NCBI GenBank assembly: GCA_008690995.1
Contig: VRMN01000004.1
Span: forward strand, 310,001 to 374,000
DNA from: Porphyridium purpureum
Lineage: Eukaryota
Reading direction: 5' to 3'
Length of the DNA: 64,000 nucleotides
Shown: positions 1 through 10,313 of the stretch, one piece after another
Layout of the letters: each line of letters opens with the position of its first letter
How positions within the stretch are numbered: position 1 is the first letter of the stretch
Translations under genes and position numbers: made by a program
Notes under the pieces: model-generated
The model's input: the letters and a program-made list of their open reading frames with translations, nothing else
What the model was told of the DNA's origin: nothing
The model's database searches: none

Positions 1-540
1 TGGCGCTCACACTTGACATGTCAAGACAAAGTTGAGAAGCGGAAGAGTTGGTGGTGCAGCGTGTTGCCGCTTGCGAAACGGGGTGTGGAGCGGCTTGTCG
101 AACGGTTTGCGGCGGGCAGTGCTCGGCGGTTTGCGGCGCGCAGCGATCGGCGTTTCATGCTGTGGCTCGGGTGCGGGATGTGTTGCTGAGGAAGGTGCGG
201 GTTGACGTACAAATACGACGATTCATCACGAGGAGTCATGTGGCGAGCCGCGAAGTCTGGGTGGCCTGCGTGTAGTCGATGACGCGACACTTTGGCGCAT
301 TGAACGACACACGGATCGGAGACCAGCTTGTGGCATCGACGAAATATCTGCGGTGGTTGCGATTACACGTGCATATCAGCTGCGAAGAGAACTGGAAGAA
401 CTCGCTCTCACATGGGACCAAACCCGCGCCCTCCAGGTCTGCGCGGACGCGCCGGAAAACATGTTGCTAGAAAGAAGTGTCGAGCTGGTGAACGCAATTG
501 CGAAACCCGAATAGCACCGACGTACGCACAAACAGCAGCG

Positions 541-2586
541 ATGAATACAACGACGGAAGTCGAGGAACAAGATCCATTCATAAGTCTGAAAACTGGCGCG
601 GCAGCATCGAACACGTTCCCGGACAGTAATGTGGATGCTTATGTTACATCCATGGAAACCGTTGCGTCGTTTTTGTATGAAAGCGAAACCACCGTGATGC
701 AGCCAACGACGACTGGCGAAGGCCTCAATGCACAGCTGCCCATTAACCCCGTCGATCGCATATGTTTTACGCCATCGGATGCGACTCAGGACATCAGCTT
801 CGAAACAGTTTACCCGACGGCAACCACTGCGCGAATAGTATGCCCTGAATCAAAAAGCCCCACCGGGATCCGCGCAAAGACCTACTCGATGAATATTTCG
901 ATGAATACTTCGATGACCAAGCAGACATCTAAATTGAAGAAGCGCAACGTGACACAGAAGCCGTATACCAAAGGAAGTATATGTGATCTTGACCTCGTGA
1001 GATTTTTTCGACAAGGGACGGCGCCGCTGATGCCTTTGACAATTACGGAAGAGTGTTTGGCAGCGATGGATTCATTTGCAGCGATGCGCGACCCCAAGCG
1101 CGCGGCGCCCAACCATGTCGACAATGATCATCCGATGGGAATCCGAGATACCGCTCTCAATGAGACGCGCGGTACGGACCATGGACGCAACGTTGTGGTA
1201 CCACAGACACAACAGACGAACGCATGGTATACGGATTACTACACGTCTAACACATCCCCGTCCACCAATGGCTTCGCCTTCGCGTACATTTCAAAGTGCA
1301 TGACTAAGCTGAGTTCATCGCACATCCTCGAATTGAAAGCAGCGCGTGAACGAGCTTTGACGTTGACCTACACTACGATCCGGCGATACTTATTCATCGG
1401 CGTCTCGCTTATCGCCCCGCTGGCTGGCAATGATATGCTATCACATGACTTCGCTGGACAATTGAAGGATACAGCATTTCCAGACGACGCAGGTGCTTGC
1501 GCTGACTTGACTTACGATTTCCTGAAGTCCCTCGACGCAATGAATATGTCACCAGAGCTACAAAGAAAAATCCTTGTTCGAAGCATGACACGATGTCTCA
1601 TCGGGCATCAAGCTTGGTCCGTTTTCCTGAACCCAGCGGCGTTTCCCATCAAACATATTCCGAATGCGCTCAAAGACCTGGGCGTCATCGATATCAGCGA
1701 GTTCAAGGACGTGCATTCCTGGGTATTCGTCGAACTGATCGCAACCGGATTGCGCATATACGCAGTGCTATATGCGACGATCTGCTCGCTCCAACCCATA
1801 ACGTCATGCGAAAATGACCAATCAGAGGAACGATGGACACCGGAACATTTCGAAAGCATCTTGATATCCGAATCTGCAGCGAATCGACACTTCGAACAAG
1901 CGACGTCGACTATTCTCTCGTATATGCTGTCCTGCAACCATGCTTCCAACGAACCGGCATGTTTGATTAACGAATCTCAAGTCGAAGACAGTCCGCTGCA
2001 TTTACGGACACGTCGATTGCTGACGCACTTCCAGACACTCAAACCCATGCGACGAACTAACTGCGTTTTGCATCCCAACAAACCAGCGCTCTTTACCGAC
2101 ACATACACAGGCATCATCGACTTTCTCAAGTCCATGCAGCAATCAAGTATGACGCTGCACAGAGCGATGAAGACGCTGAATTCGGGATCGCTACCAGGTC
2201 AGTGGGGAAAACCGTTCCCATCGTCGGCGATTTTATACACCCGCGGCTCTAGAAGCGATGGTTTTGATCCATGTCTCGTCGACGACAGCAAGCGACGACT
2301 GCTCGAGCAACGAAAAGCCTTATTCGACGCAAACTTTCTCAGACTCTATCTCCGAAACATCATCGCCGCTTTACCGCAGATTCTGCCACAGTACAAGATG
2401 GCATGCACGAATACGGATACGGACGACGTCGAAGTACTTCGCCGAGGCATATGGGAAGCCGTGATAGCTTTCGGGAAGCAAACGCTGATCCATGTCCTCA
2501 CTGATAAAGCGTTGAGCATTCCCTTGCCCTCGAAGACGCGCAACGAATACGACGACGACGATGACTGTTTTGCAAATTTCCTTTAG
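541..2586 (+). CDS. Orphan 681-aa protein, probably carried by a mobile or viral-like element
   Basis: Long uninterrupted ORF (first ATG 541, stop 2584-2586) with no recognisable motif. It looks less GC-rich than the downstream host genes and is followed by a repeat-rich putative element end. Confidence 0.7.
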   Translation: MNTTTEVEEQDPFISLKTGAAASNTFPDSNVDAYVTSMETVASFLYESETTVMQPTTTGEGLNAQLPINPVDRICFTPSDATQDISFETVYPTATTARIVCPESKSPTGIRAKTYSMNISMNTSMTKQTSKLKKRNVTQKPYTKGSICDLDLVRFFRQGTAPLMPLTITEECLAAMDSFAAMRDPKRAAPNHVDNDHPMGIRDTALNETRGTDHGRNVVVPQTQQTNAWYTDYYTSNTSPSTNGFAFAYISKCMTKLSSSHILELKAARERALTLTYTTIRRYLFIGVSLIAPLAGNDMLSHDFAGQLKDTAFPDDAGACADLTYDFLKSLDAMNMSPELQRKILVRSMTRCLIGHQAWSVFLNPAAFPIKHIPNALKDLGVIDISEFKDVHSWVFVELIATGLRIYAVLYATICSLQPITSCENDQSEERWTPEHFESILISESAANRHFEQATSTILSYMLSCNHASNEPACLINESQVEDSPLHLRTRRLLTHFQTLKPMRRTNCVLHPNKPALFTDTYTGIIDFLKSMQQSSMTLHRAMKTLNSGSLPGQWGKPFPSSAILYTRGSRSDGFDPCLVDDSKRRLLEQRKALFDANFLRLYLRNIIAALPQILPQYKMACTNTDTDDVEVLRRGIWEAVIAFGKQTLIHVLTDKALSIPLPSKTRNEYDDDDDCFANFL

Positions 2587-2735
2587 ATGCTTCATTTCTG
2601 CAGCGAAAATAAAAAGTAACCGTTGAGTATTTCGGTTACAAAGTATGGGAATTCTCACGTGTAATTTATGGAAGCTTGAAATGGCTGTCAAAAGAACTTC
2701 CAGATCTTGGAATGCCGGAAAGTAATGAGAGCCGT

Positions 2736-2850
2736 GGAAAAAGTCCTGGAAAAACTCTTGGAAAAGCTCCCGGAAAATCTCTTCTCCGCCCGAAAGCTGG
2801 TGTAAGCAACAGAAAATAGTTTTTCCAAGAGCTTTTCCAGTAGTTTTTCC
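2736..2850. repeat. 12-bp GGAAAA-core repeats forming an imperfect 33-bp inverted repeat
   Basis: Direct units ggaaaaagtcct/ggaaaaactctt/ggaaaagctccc/ggaaaatctctt span 2736-2783. Arm 2818-2850 is the reverse complement of 2736-2768 with 4 mismatches. Confidence 0.9.
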
Positions 2851-2890
2851 CGGTCGTATCCTAAAGTCGAGAGGGGACCAAATTTCAACA

Positions 2891-3498
2891 CGCGGACTGG
2901 ATGCCAACACCTTGTAGATTGGACCAGTCGGCGCCAGCGGCGCGTCAGCACCTCGACGACCGAGGCTGAGTTGGTAGCGCTGCACGACGCAGCGCAAGGC
3001 AGCGTGTTCCCAGTGGCGACACTGGCGGAAGAACTTTTGAGGCGCTGGCCTCCGATCGTTGTGCGGTGCGACAACGAGTCGACTTTGCGCGCGGTGGAGC
3101 GCGGCCACAGTGACCGGCTACTGCATGCGCCAAAGATGCAGCGCATCTCTCTGAGATGGTTGCACGAGATAGCAGCGGACGGACTCGTCAGGTTCGTCTA
3201 TGTCGCTACGCGCGACAACATCGCTGACGGCTTGACGAAGCCGATTGCCACCGACGTGTTTCGCGGCCATGCAGCCGCGTGGGGCCTGTACGGTGCAAGC
3301 TTATCCCTTGGCATCGCCCAGCGTCTGACGCATGCTCGCTCCGCCGCAAACCGTGGCAACGCCTTCGCGATGCTCATGCAGCCCGACGACTGCGACGATG
3401 GTGCTGGCATGCGTGGCTATGCGTACAGCCATGATGATGAGAAAATGTCGTGTGACAATGATCCGTACACCCGCTGGCACCTTGTCGAGCGAGTGTGA
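2891..3498 (+). mobile_element. Ty1/copia retrotransposon pol 3' remnant (RNase H)
   Basis: In-frame WTSRRQRRVSTSTTEAELVAL, VRCDNES and YVATRDNIADGLTKP are hallmark copia RNase H motifs. The upstream D-x-D...STSG segment is missing, so the element is cut at ~2890. Confidence 0.92.
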
Positions 3499-3520
3499 TT
3501 CGTTCCTTTGCAGCCAGCGC

Positions 3521-4169
3521 AGAAGTGATGAGGGGGTGCGTGGAATATTGTCATCCCTCTCTGCCTGCCTGATGACGTGATGAGGAGTCATCAAATGCTT
3601 AATGATGACAACTCTCCGTTGGTTGGTGACCGTAATGGTTAACCACAGTAGTATATCATTAGAGTGTGAGAGACGGCCGACGAGTCGGCGCTCTGTCTTC
3701 TTTTGAGGTAAGAGCTAGGTTGTGTTAAGGAGTAAAGTCGTCTTGTTGTGGACCTCTTGCTTCAGCTAGCCACCAGTAGGTTACTATTGGTACACGTTTG
3801 GTATACGCGTGCTTCACGAAGACGCTATCATCAAAGAGTCCGATGATAAAGTGTACACGATGTACACTCTTTCTCCAATCGCTTGCGCCTGCGGGAAACA
3901 GGTCCGCTGCGGGGACTCAACCGCATCACCAACTACAAAACAGTCACTCGGTCACCTATACTAATCCCACATACAACACAAGCAGCCTTCTTACTCTTCC
4001 GACGATCGATCACACACGCGCGATACTTCCGGCGTTCCTCCAAGCCCGCGCTCTGTTCTCATCGTAAAATTGTCGGCCCTCTACACACAAGCTTCAAGCA
4101 CTGGCTTCCGGCTCTCGGACTCCTTATCGGTTCGGTTCGGCTCGGTTCATCTGACGCCACTCCAAAACA
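3521..4169 (+). mobile_element. Polypurine tract and probable 3' LTR of the copia element
   Basis: PPT-like agaagtgatgagggggtg (3521-3538) lies just after the pol stop, followed by ~630 bp non-coding sequence. The right boundary (...tccaaaaca, 4169) is a guess. Confidence 0.55.
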
Positions 4170-4380
4170 GATGGGTGCAGGTGATGTACAGTGTGTAGTG
4201 TACCGCATGAAAACTAAGCCGCGAGCGGCTGGTGTGATTTTTCTGCCTTCTTTTTGTAGCGCGCGCGACTAGTGTTATTTACTAGGAGTTTGTGAAGTTT
4301 ATATACGGGCGGCGCTGTTTTGATAGGAAAACAGATGGCACGACTGCGGATGGACGCGGGTCGGCGTAGTGGGGTTGCGG

Positions 4381-4506
4381 AGGAAGGAAGGAGAGAGAGA
4401 GAGAGATAGAGAGAGAAAGAAAGAGGAGAGGGGAGGAGGTAGGGGGAAGGAAAAGGAGAGTATAGGAAAGGGTTGGAGGGAGAGAGAGAGAGAGAGAGAG
4501 AGAAGG
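4381..4506 (+). repeat. Purine-rich (GA)n 5' leader of CCT1
   Basis: Almost pure G/A tract with (GA)n runs directly before the ATG at 4507. Similar tracts precede SAHH (~46540-46620), AsnRS (~34330-34350) and RRN3 (~61150-61190). Confidence 0.8.
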
Positions 4507-6126
4507 ATGGCGGCGTTGTCGATTGAGGGATCGCGGAGCAGCGGGCAGGACGTGCGGTCTGGTAATGTGACCGCGTGCGTCGCGATCGCAAACATCGTCA
4601 AGACGAGCCTGGGGCCCGTCGGGCTCGACAAGATGCTCGTGGATGAGGTTGGCGACGTCACAGTCACGAACGACGGCGCGACAATTATCAAGCAGCTGGA
4701 GATCGAGCATCCGGCGGGAAAGGTCCTGGCTGAGCTGGCCGCGCAGCAGGACGATGAGATTGGGGATGGCACAACCTCGGTGGTCATCATGGCCGCCGAG
4801 CTGCTGCGCTGCGCGAATCAGCTCGTGCTGGACAAAATTCATCCCACGACCGTCATTTCCGGACTCCGAATGGCCATGCGCGAGTGCGTCAAGTGCATCA
4901 AGAAGGAGCTCAGCACGCCCACGGAGAAGCTGGGCCGCGACGTGCTCGTGAATGCCGCAAAGACTTCCTTGTCGAGTAAGATCCTCGGCACTGCAGAGTC
5001 AGACTTGTTTGCGAACATGGCCGTGGACGCGGTGCTCCAGACAAAGACCATTGACGATTATTCTGGCAAGGCGCGTTACCCCCTGAGCTCGGTCCATATT
5101 CTCAAAGCGCAGGGCAAGTCTGCGCATGAGTCGCACATCCTGGAAGGGTTTGCGCTCAATGCGATGGGTGCAGCGCAGGGCATGCCCACATATCTCAAGG
5201 GCGTGCGCATCGCATGCCTGGACATTGACCTGCGCCGCACAAAGATGAAGATGGGCGTCTCGGTGCTTGTGAACAACCCGGACGAAATGCAGAAGATGGC
5301 CGATCGGGAACTTGACATCACAAAGGAGCGCATCATGGCCATTTTGAATGCCGGCGGGAATCTCATTCTGACGACGCAAGGTATTGACGACACCTCGCTC
5401 AAATACTTTGTGGACGCAGGTGTGATCGCGTGCCGAAGAGTTCCCATGAAGGATATGAAGCGCATTGCGGCAATGACGGGCGCGACGCTGCTCACAAGCT
5501 TTGCGGATCTGGACGGTAACGAGACGTTCGAAGCCAGCATGCTAGGCAGCGCAGATGAGTGCGTCGAGGAGCGCGTGCGCGATGACAAGCTGCTTCTAAT
5601 CAAGGGCGGAGCAAAGCAGCGCTCCAACACGGTGCTTTTGCGCGGGCCGAATGAAATCATGTGTGACGAAATGGCGCGCAGTTTCCATGATTCGACAGCA
5701 GTTGTCAAGCGCGTCCTGGAAAACAACGCAGTGGTCGCCGGCGGCGGTGCCGTGGAAGTTGCACTGTCGCTTCACCTCGAAAACTTCGCGCTAAGTATCT
5801 CGTCTCGCGAGCAAATTGTCGTCACCGAGTTTGCCGATGCGCTTCTGGTCATCCCAAAGACCCTGGCCATGAACGCGGCGCAAGACGCTTCAGAGCTGCT
5901 CGCAAAGCTCCGTGCAAAGCATGCAGAGAGCCCAGCAAACAAGGATTGGGGGCTTGACCTGATTGAAGGACAAATCCGGAATAACCTCGAGGCAGGTGTG
6001 GTAGAGCCGGCCATCAGCAAGGTGAAGAGCATCCAGTTTGCTACCGAAGCGGCAATCACCATTCTGCGCATCGATGACTTGATTCGACTAGAAGGCGAGA
6101 ATCCGAATGAAGCTCTCGAAGGATAA
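4507..6126 (+). CDS. CCT1: T-complex protein 1 subunit alpha (CCT-alpha)
   Basis: [45 protein letters not shown] and [18 protein letters not shown]; the alpha subunit is indicated by the N-terminal SGQDVR and the GLDKMLVD segment. Confidence 0.97.
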   Translation: MAALSIEGSRSSGQDVRSGNVTACVAIANIVKTSLGPVGLDKMLVDEVGDVTVTNDGATIIKQLEIEHPAGKVLAELAAQQDDEIGDGTTSVVIMAAELLRCANQLVLDKIHPTTVISGLRMAMRECVKCIKKELSTPTEKLGRDVLVNAAKTSLSSKILGTAESDLFANMAVDAVLQTKTIDDYSGKARYPLSSVHILKAQGKSAHESHILEGFALNAMGAAQGMPTYLKGVRIACLDIDLRRTKMKMGVSVLVNNPDEMQKMADRELDITKERIMAILNAGGNLILTTQGIDDTSLKYFVDAGVIACRRVPMKDMKRIAAMTGATLLTSFADLDGNETFEASMLGSADECVEERVRDDKLLLIKGGAKQRSNTVLLRGPNEIMCDEMARSFHDSTAVVKRVLENNAVVAGGGAVEVALSLHLENFALSISSREQIVVTEFADALLVIPKTLAMNAAQDASELLAKLRAKHAESPANKDWGLDLIEGQIRNNLEAGVVEPAISKVKSIQFATEAAITILRIDDLIRLEGENPNEALEG

Positions 6127-6353
6127 AAGAGAAGAAATGAAACAAGCAACTAAACATTTGCTTACTCTATTTTGACACCTACTGCAGTCATGCGCATCAG
6201 CTTGCGCGCGGATGCCATCAAAGCTCCTTGAACATGTGACAAACCGTAACGAGCGTGTTCAGCGTTACACACAGAGACCAACTTTGAAGGAGTTAGAAAA
6301 CACCTTGATATTTCAGCTTTCAAGAGTCATTGGGCTAGGCTCGGTGGAACGCT

Positions 6354-6716
6354 TCAAAAGTCGGACACTCTCCCGTTCTTGGCCCAGTCTCCGTACCGCG
6401 TGGGTTCATACCCGTGCGGGCCGCCCCATTCCTTTCCTGCAGGAGCACTGTCGTTCCACATCTCCACGCTCTCGCCTTCTCCAACCGGTCTCCCTTTAGT
6501 CTGCTGCAGCACGGTCTCCTCCGCAGCACCAGACCTTGCCCCAGAGCGGCCGCTTGCGTCCGCGCTCTTCTTTGCTTGCTCAGACGGGTGCGCCTCGGAC
6601 TCCCTTTGCGGGCGGTACGCGCCAGACTTGGTCGGCACGCGTGGGTTGCGCACCACTCCGTATCCGCCGCCGACTGTCGTCGCCAGCGCACGACATATTC
6701 TTGGAACTCGGTTCAT
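6354..6716 (-). CDS. SDHAF4: Succinate dehydrogenase assembly factor 4 (DUF1674), mitochondrial
   Basis: C-terminal EWGGPHGYEPTRYGDWAKNGRVSDF signature and an Arg-rich presequence. Confidence 0.93.
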   Translation of the reverse strand: MNRVPRICRALATTVGGGYGVVRNPRVPTKSGAYRPQRESEAHPSEQAKKSADASGRSGARSGAAEETVLQQTKGRPVGEGESVEMWNDSAPAGKEWGGPHGYEPTRYGDWAKNGRVSDF

Positions 6717-7027
6717 CCTCGCCGCGTCGCGCGCTTCCCTGTGCGAGTTCCTCCTTGTTCTCTCTGTATGCGCGCGCGCGTCCAGACAGACTCTTCGTGC
6801 CGCGTCTTTCTCTGTTCCACCATCCGGAAGAGGTCGAGCTGGCGGCTTTTAAAAGGGGAAAACACCAAAAATCATAGAATGGACCCATTTTATTTTGTAA
6901 AGTACATTGATAGCAAAGAAATGAAGCATGGAATGTGGGCAGGTGGAAGGATTGTGACTTAGAGATTCGGCCAGAGACCCATGGAGAAGCCCATCTTCGA
7001 GCACGTAAAAGCTACTCATCACGCCTT

Positions 7028-7867
7028 TTACAAGTACGTGGCGTCTGCCAAGCCATCCCTGAAAAAGCCGTCGCGCGGCGCATCTGCGGACAGCGCGAGT
7101 GCCACGGGAGTCTTGCTGCCTGCCTCTGGAGTCTTGGCTCCTCGGAAGGACGTCATGGCAGTCGAAACATAGCCTGGGCAGCACGAAGTGCTCGATATCC
7201 CGCGCTTGGCGTACGTTTTGGCCAGCGCTGTGACGGCTAGCTTGCTGACGCCGTAGTTCGTGAGGCACCAACCCCGTTCGCGCAAGGCCCCGCTTCCTCC
7301 TGTACGCACGCATTCTATATATTCATTCACCAGCGCAGTTACCTCGTCTGAGCTGTCACGACTCGCCGCGAGCTTCCACCGCGCCTGTATCTCGGGTGAA
7401 CACTGATGGAAAGCAGACAACCCCGCCTGGCTTGCCACAAACACAAGGCGACCGTTCTGCTTGTTGAGAAGTGGGAGCAACGCTTCGGTTACCGCGAGCG
7501 TACCAAAGTAGTTTGTAGCGAGCGTGGGTACCGTCTGAGCCTCAAAGGGAGTTGGGTCTGCCTGCTTGAATGCCATGCCAGCGTTGTTCACCAAAACATC
7601 GACAGGCATCTCGCCCTTCGACTCCAGCCACGAAGCGAAGCGCTTAATCGACTGCGAGTCGCCAATATCTAGCTGCGCAAACTCAAGCGCCAGTGTCTTG
7701 TTCTGTCTGGCCGCATCGTCCAATAGCGATTTAACGGCTGCGCGACCCCGAGCCTCATCGCGTGCCGTCAGGACGCAGTGCGTGTGTCCGGCCAACGCGC
7801 GGGCAATCTCGAACCCAATCCCTGCGTTCCCGCCGGTCACCACACTCAGCGGCATCGATGTCAGCAT
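7028..7867 (-). CDS. Carbonyl reductase-like short-chain dehydrogenase/reductase
   Basis: VVTGGNAGIG, DVLVNNAG, TNYFGT, catalytic YGVSK and CCPGYVSTAM. Start at ATG 7867 or 7855. Confidence 0.93.
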   Translation of the reverse strand: MLTSMPLSVVTGGNAGIGFEIARALAGHTHCVLTARDEARGRAAVKSLLDDAARQNKTLALEFAQLDIGDSQSIKRFASWLESKGEMPVDVLVNNAGMAFKQADPTPFEAQTVPTLATNYFGTLAVTEALLPLLNKQNGRLVFVASQAGLSAFHQCSPEIQARWKLAASRDSSDEVTALVNEYIECVRTGGSGALRERGWCLTNYGVSKLAVTALAKTYAKRGISSTSCCPGYVSTAMTSFRGAKTPEAGSKTPVALALSADAPRDGFFRDGLADATYL

Positions 7868-8051
7868 CACAGAACACGGTCGCGAGCTCTCACGTCGTGT
7901 GCAAAAGTGCGGCTGACCCGTCAACAAGTCCTTTAGTCCTTCAAACACACACACGGTTGCATACAGGTTCCACCTGAGGAACAGAGAAGGCTGTGGTTGC
8001 GAAGTTCATGTTATTGAGAGTTACGTAGACCAATCCATCTCCTCCGCCTTG

Positions 8052-10313
8052 ATGCCGCATGGAATTGCGTGCTGCGTCTGTGGCCGGAAGAATCGCGTGG
8101 CGTTCGTGACGCATCATGTCGGTCTCCGTGGGAGGGAGCGCAGTGGCGGGACACGATGTTGGATTTTGGGCCGTCATTATGGCGACGTGTGCGGTGTGCG
8201 ACTAGCCAGTGGAGCACGAAGACGCAGCAGACCGCCGCTCATCTGCAGTCGAGCTGCGAGAATCGTTGAACGCGTAAAGCCGAGCAGAGTTGGGGAATCT
8301 GGCCAGCAGGTTCCTGGGCAGACGGCCAAAGAAGAAGTGCTCGTGCATGCGTTGTGCGACGAACTACTAAGCCAAGGCAAGCGCGGGCGCGGTGTACGAG
8401 CGATTGCACGGATGCTGCGGATTGTTTACATTGCGGCGCTTGACTGTGAGCGGCGGTACAAGCTTCCGTCACACGGTGAAACGCCGGCGGCCCTTGATTC
8501 TATCAATCGCACAATTGAAGGGAGTGATACGTATGACCGCGAGGTGGTAGAATCCAGTTCGTATGCATCATCCGGGCCAGCACGCTCCGGGCAGCTATTT
8601 CAAACATGGCCTGACCATCGCACAGTATATCTTGAGTCGTGCCCAAATCAAGTTCGTTTGGTGTACGGCGTGACTTTTCCCGCGGCGAAGCAAGGTTGGA
8701 CTGTTCTGGGCGAATTACTGAATTGGAGAGAGCTCTCGCTTGACCAGGCACGACGCATGCAATCTATTTCGGTGCGCAACATACAGCCGCACATGCGATA
8801 CGGTAAGCACATGCTCATTCCAGAACCGAGTTTGCGCGCGTTGCTGGATGCCATGGCACGCATTCGCCTGGACGAGCGCGAACTAGATTCTGCATTTCGA
8901 GAATCACGTTTCGCGATTCGTCCCGGCGCAAGGGCAGCTCCAACTGCTATTGTGACACTGCCGCAACTACCTTCGGCCGGCCAGCGCACGGTGCACGTGC
9001 GATGCATCAACGCGGCGGGACACCGCCATGGTGACCGCAACCCGAGTCTTATCATGTGGATGAACAAAGACGGGAAGACTGGAGGAGCCATGTGCGCGGT
9101 ATGCAGGCAGAAGAATGAACCGTCACGCCCACTTACCTTCGCTGTGCAGTACAAAGATCAGAGACAGGCGTGGTTGTTCGAACCGGGCCAGCGTCACTCG
9201 GCGCGGGCGCAAAATAGGAAAGCCAAACATGAGACAAGGCTTGAAAAATCTCAAAGAAGAGACCAGCGTTCGGCGTCATCGAGTGTCCAGGCGGTGGTCG
9301 ACAATCATCCCGCGGCAGACGAACATGAGAATGACTCGTCAGGTGATGAAAAGCTCAGCGGCGCAGGCATTGCACAGGTGGACGGTCGCACAAAATCAAA
9401 ATCACCTGTAGGTGGGCATGTCATGAAAGCTGCACAGGTGGACGGTATGTATATTGGGTGCGCATTAAGGACCCGCTCTGTGGACGGCGAGTGCAAGCTT
9501 CACCGCACAATCGGCTCCGCTCTAAAAGGTTCGCTGATTGACATTCTTTTGTCTAGTGAGCGGCGGAGCAGCAGTGAGAGGCAAGAGCTACATGCGCAAG
9601 AAGTGCAATGGCTAGCGGTTCGGGAGGAGAAGAAGGACAACGCCACGAACGTACGTGCTGCTGCCGAGCCATATGAGCACGCGCAATCTGATTTGAAGCT
9701 ACCGACGCGCATCTTGTCGGTGAGCGTTATGAAGCCAAGCGCGTGGCGAGCGCTTGTTCGCAAACCAAGATTACCTTCTACCGCGTCGACAAGTACGACG
9801 GGCTCGAATTCCAAGTCCCCTGATGGGGCAAGTCCGCGCGTTCCGCGTGCGCCCGCCTCTTGGAAGCCAGTGGCGCAAGAGTGGGTTCTTTTTGACCTGG
9901 ACGACATCCGAGGTTTCGAGGATCCTACACAGAAGGAGCGCATAGCGAGAGTCGCGTCAGGGATGCTAGCCGTGATTCGTCGCGACGTGGAGCTATCTGG
10001 GCGTTGCGTGGTCATCCAGACGGGCCCGTGCGGCTTCCAGCTGTGGGCCGAGCTCCGCGAACCGCGACGCAGTCCCCGCGATTGGTTTGCGCAAGACAGT
10101 GTGCGCAGCTGGTACCGCGCCACCGCATTGCGCCTCCTGCAAGCCGCCCGCGCTGCCGGCGCATCCGAGGGCCACGTTGACATGTCGGCGTGTGCGGCTG
10201 GCCGCTTTGGCCGCCGTCCCTCATGGCGCATTCTTGCGTCTGGACACGTGTATCGCTCACGGGTCGTTGCGGTCGCAGCTCAGCGTGTCGCATCACGCTC
10301 AGTACGAGACTGA
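8052..10313 (+). CDS. Putative Zn-finger + AEP-superfamily (RepB'-like) primase protein, possibly organelle-targeted
   Basis: 753-aa ORF with C-x5-H-x2-GD-x-NPS...C-x2-C (9003-9104), WVLFDLDD (9882-9905), IQTGPCGFQLW (10014-10046) and HVDMS...GRFGRRPSW (10173-10226). The basic N-terminus contains AFV. Confidence 0.65.
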   Translation: MPHGIACCVCGRKNRVAFVTHHVGLRGRERSGGTRCWILGRHYGDVCGVRLASGARRRSRPPLICSRAARIVERVKPSRVGESGQQVPGQTAKEEVLVHALCDELLSQGKRGRGVRAIARMLRIVYIAALDCERRYKLPSHGETPAALDSINRTIEGSDTYDREVVESSSYASSGPARSGQLFQTWPDHRTVYLESCPNQVRLVYGVTFPAAKQGWTVLGELLNWRELSLDQARRMQSISVRNIQPHMRYGKHMLIPEPSLRALLDAMARIRLDERELDSAFRESRFAIRPGARAAPTAIVTLPQLPSAGQRTVHVRCINAAGHRHGDRNPSLIMWMNKDGKTGGAMCAVCRQKNEPSRPLTFAVQYKDQRQAWLFEPGQRHSARAQNRKAKHETRLEKSQRRDQRSASSSVQAVVDNHPAADEHENDSSGDEKLSGAGIAQVDGRTKSKSPVGGHVMKAAQVDGMYIGCALRTRSVDGECKLHRTIGSALKGSLIDILLSSERRSSSERQELHAQEVQWLAVREEKKDNATNVRAAAEPYEHAQSDLKLPTRILSVSVMKPSAWRALVRKPRLPSTASTSTTGSNSKSPDGASPRVPRAPASWKPVAQEWVLFDLDDIRGFEDPTQKERIARVASGMLAVIRRDVELSGRCVVIQTGPCGFQLWAELREPRRSPRDWFAQDSVRSWYRATALRLLQAARAAGASEGHVDMSACAAGRFGRRPSWRILASGHVYRSRVVAVAAQRVASRSVRD

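Noticed and set aside
48..275. Second copia RNase H fragment (VDVQIRRFITRSHVASREV)
   Set aside because: Only a vague resemblance to KHIDVRYHFIR; the flanking DN and ADxxTK motifs are absent.
4369..4506. N-terminal ER/RE-rich extensions in the ORF track (also AsnRS, SNF1-like kinase, symplekin, Sec6, MoaA, RRN3)
   Set aside because: They arise from GTG/TTG starts read through purine-rich 5' UTRs; the first suitable ATG was used instead.
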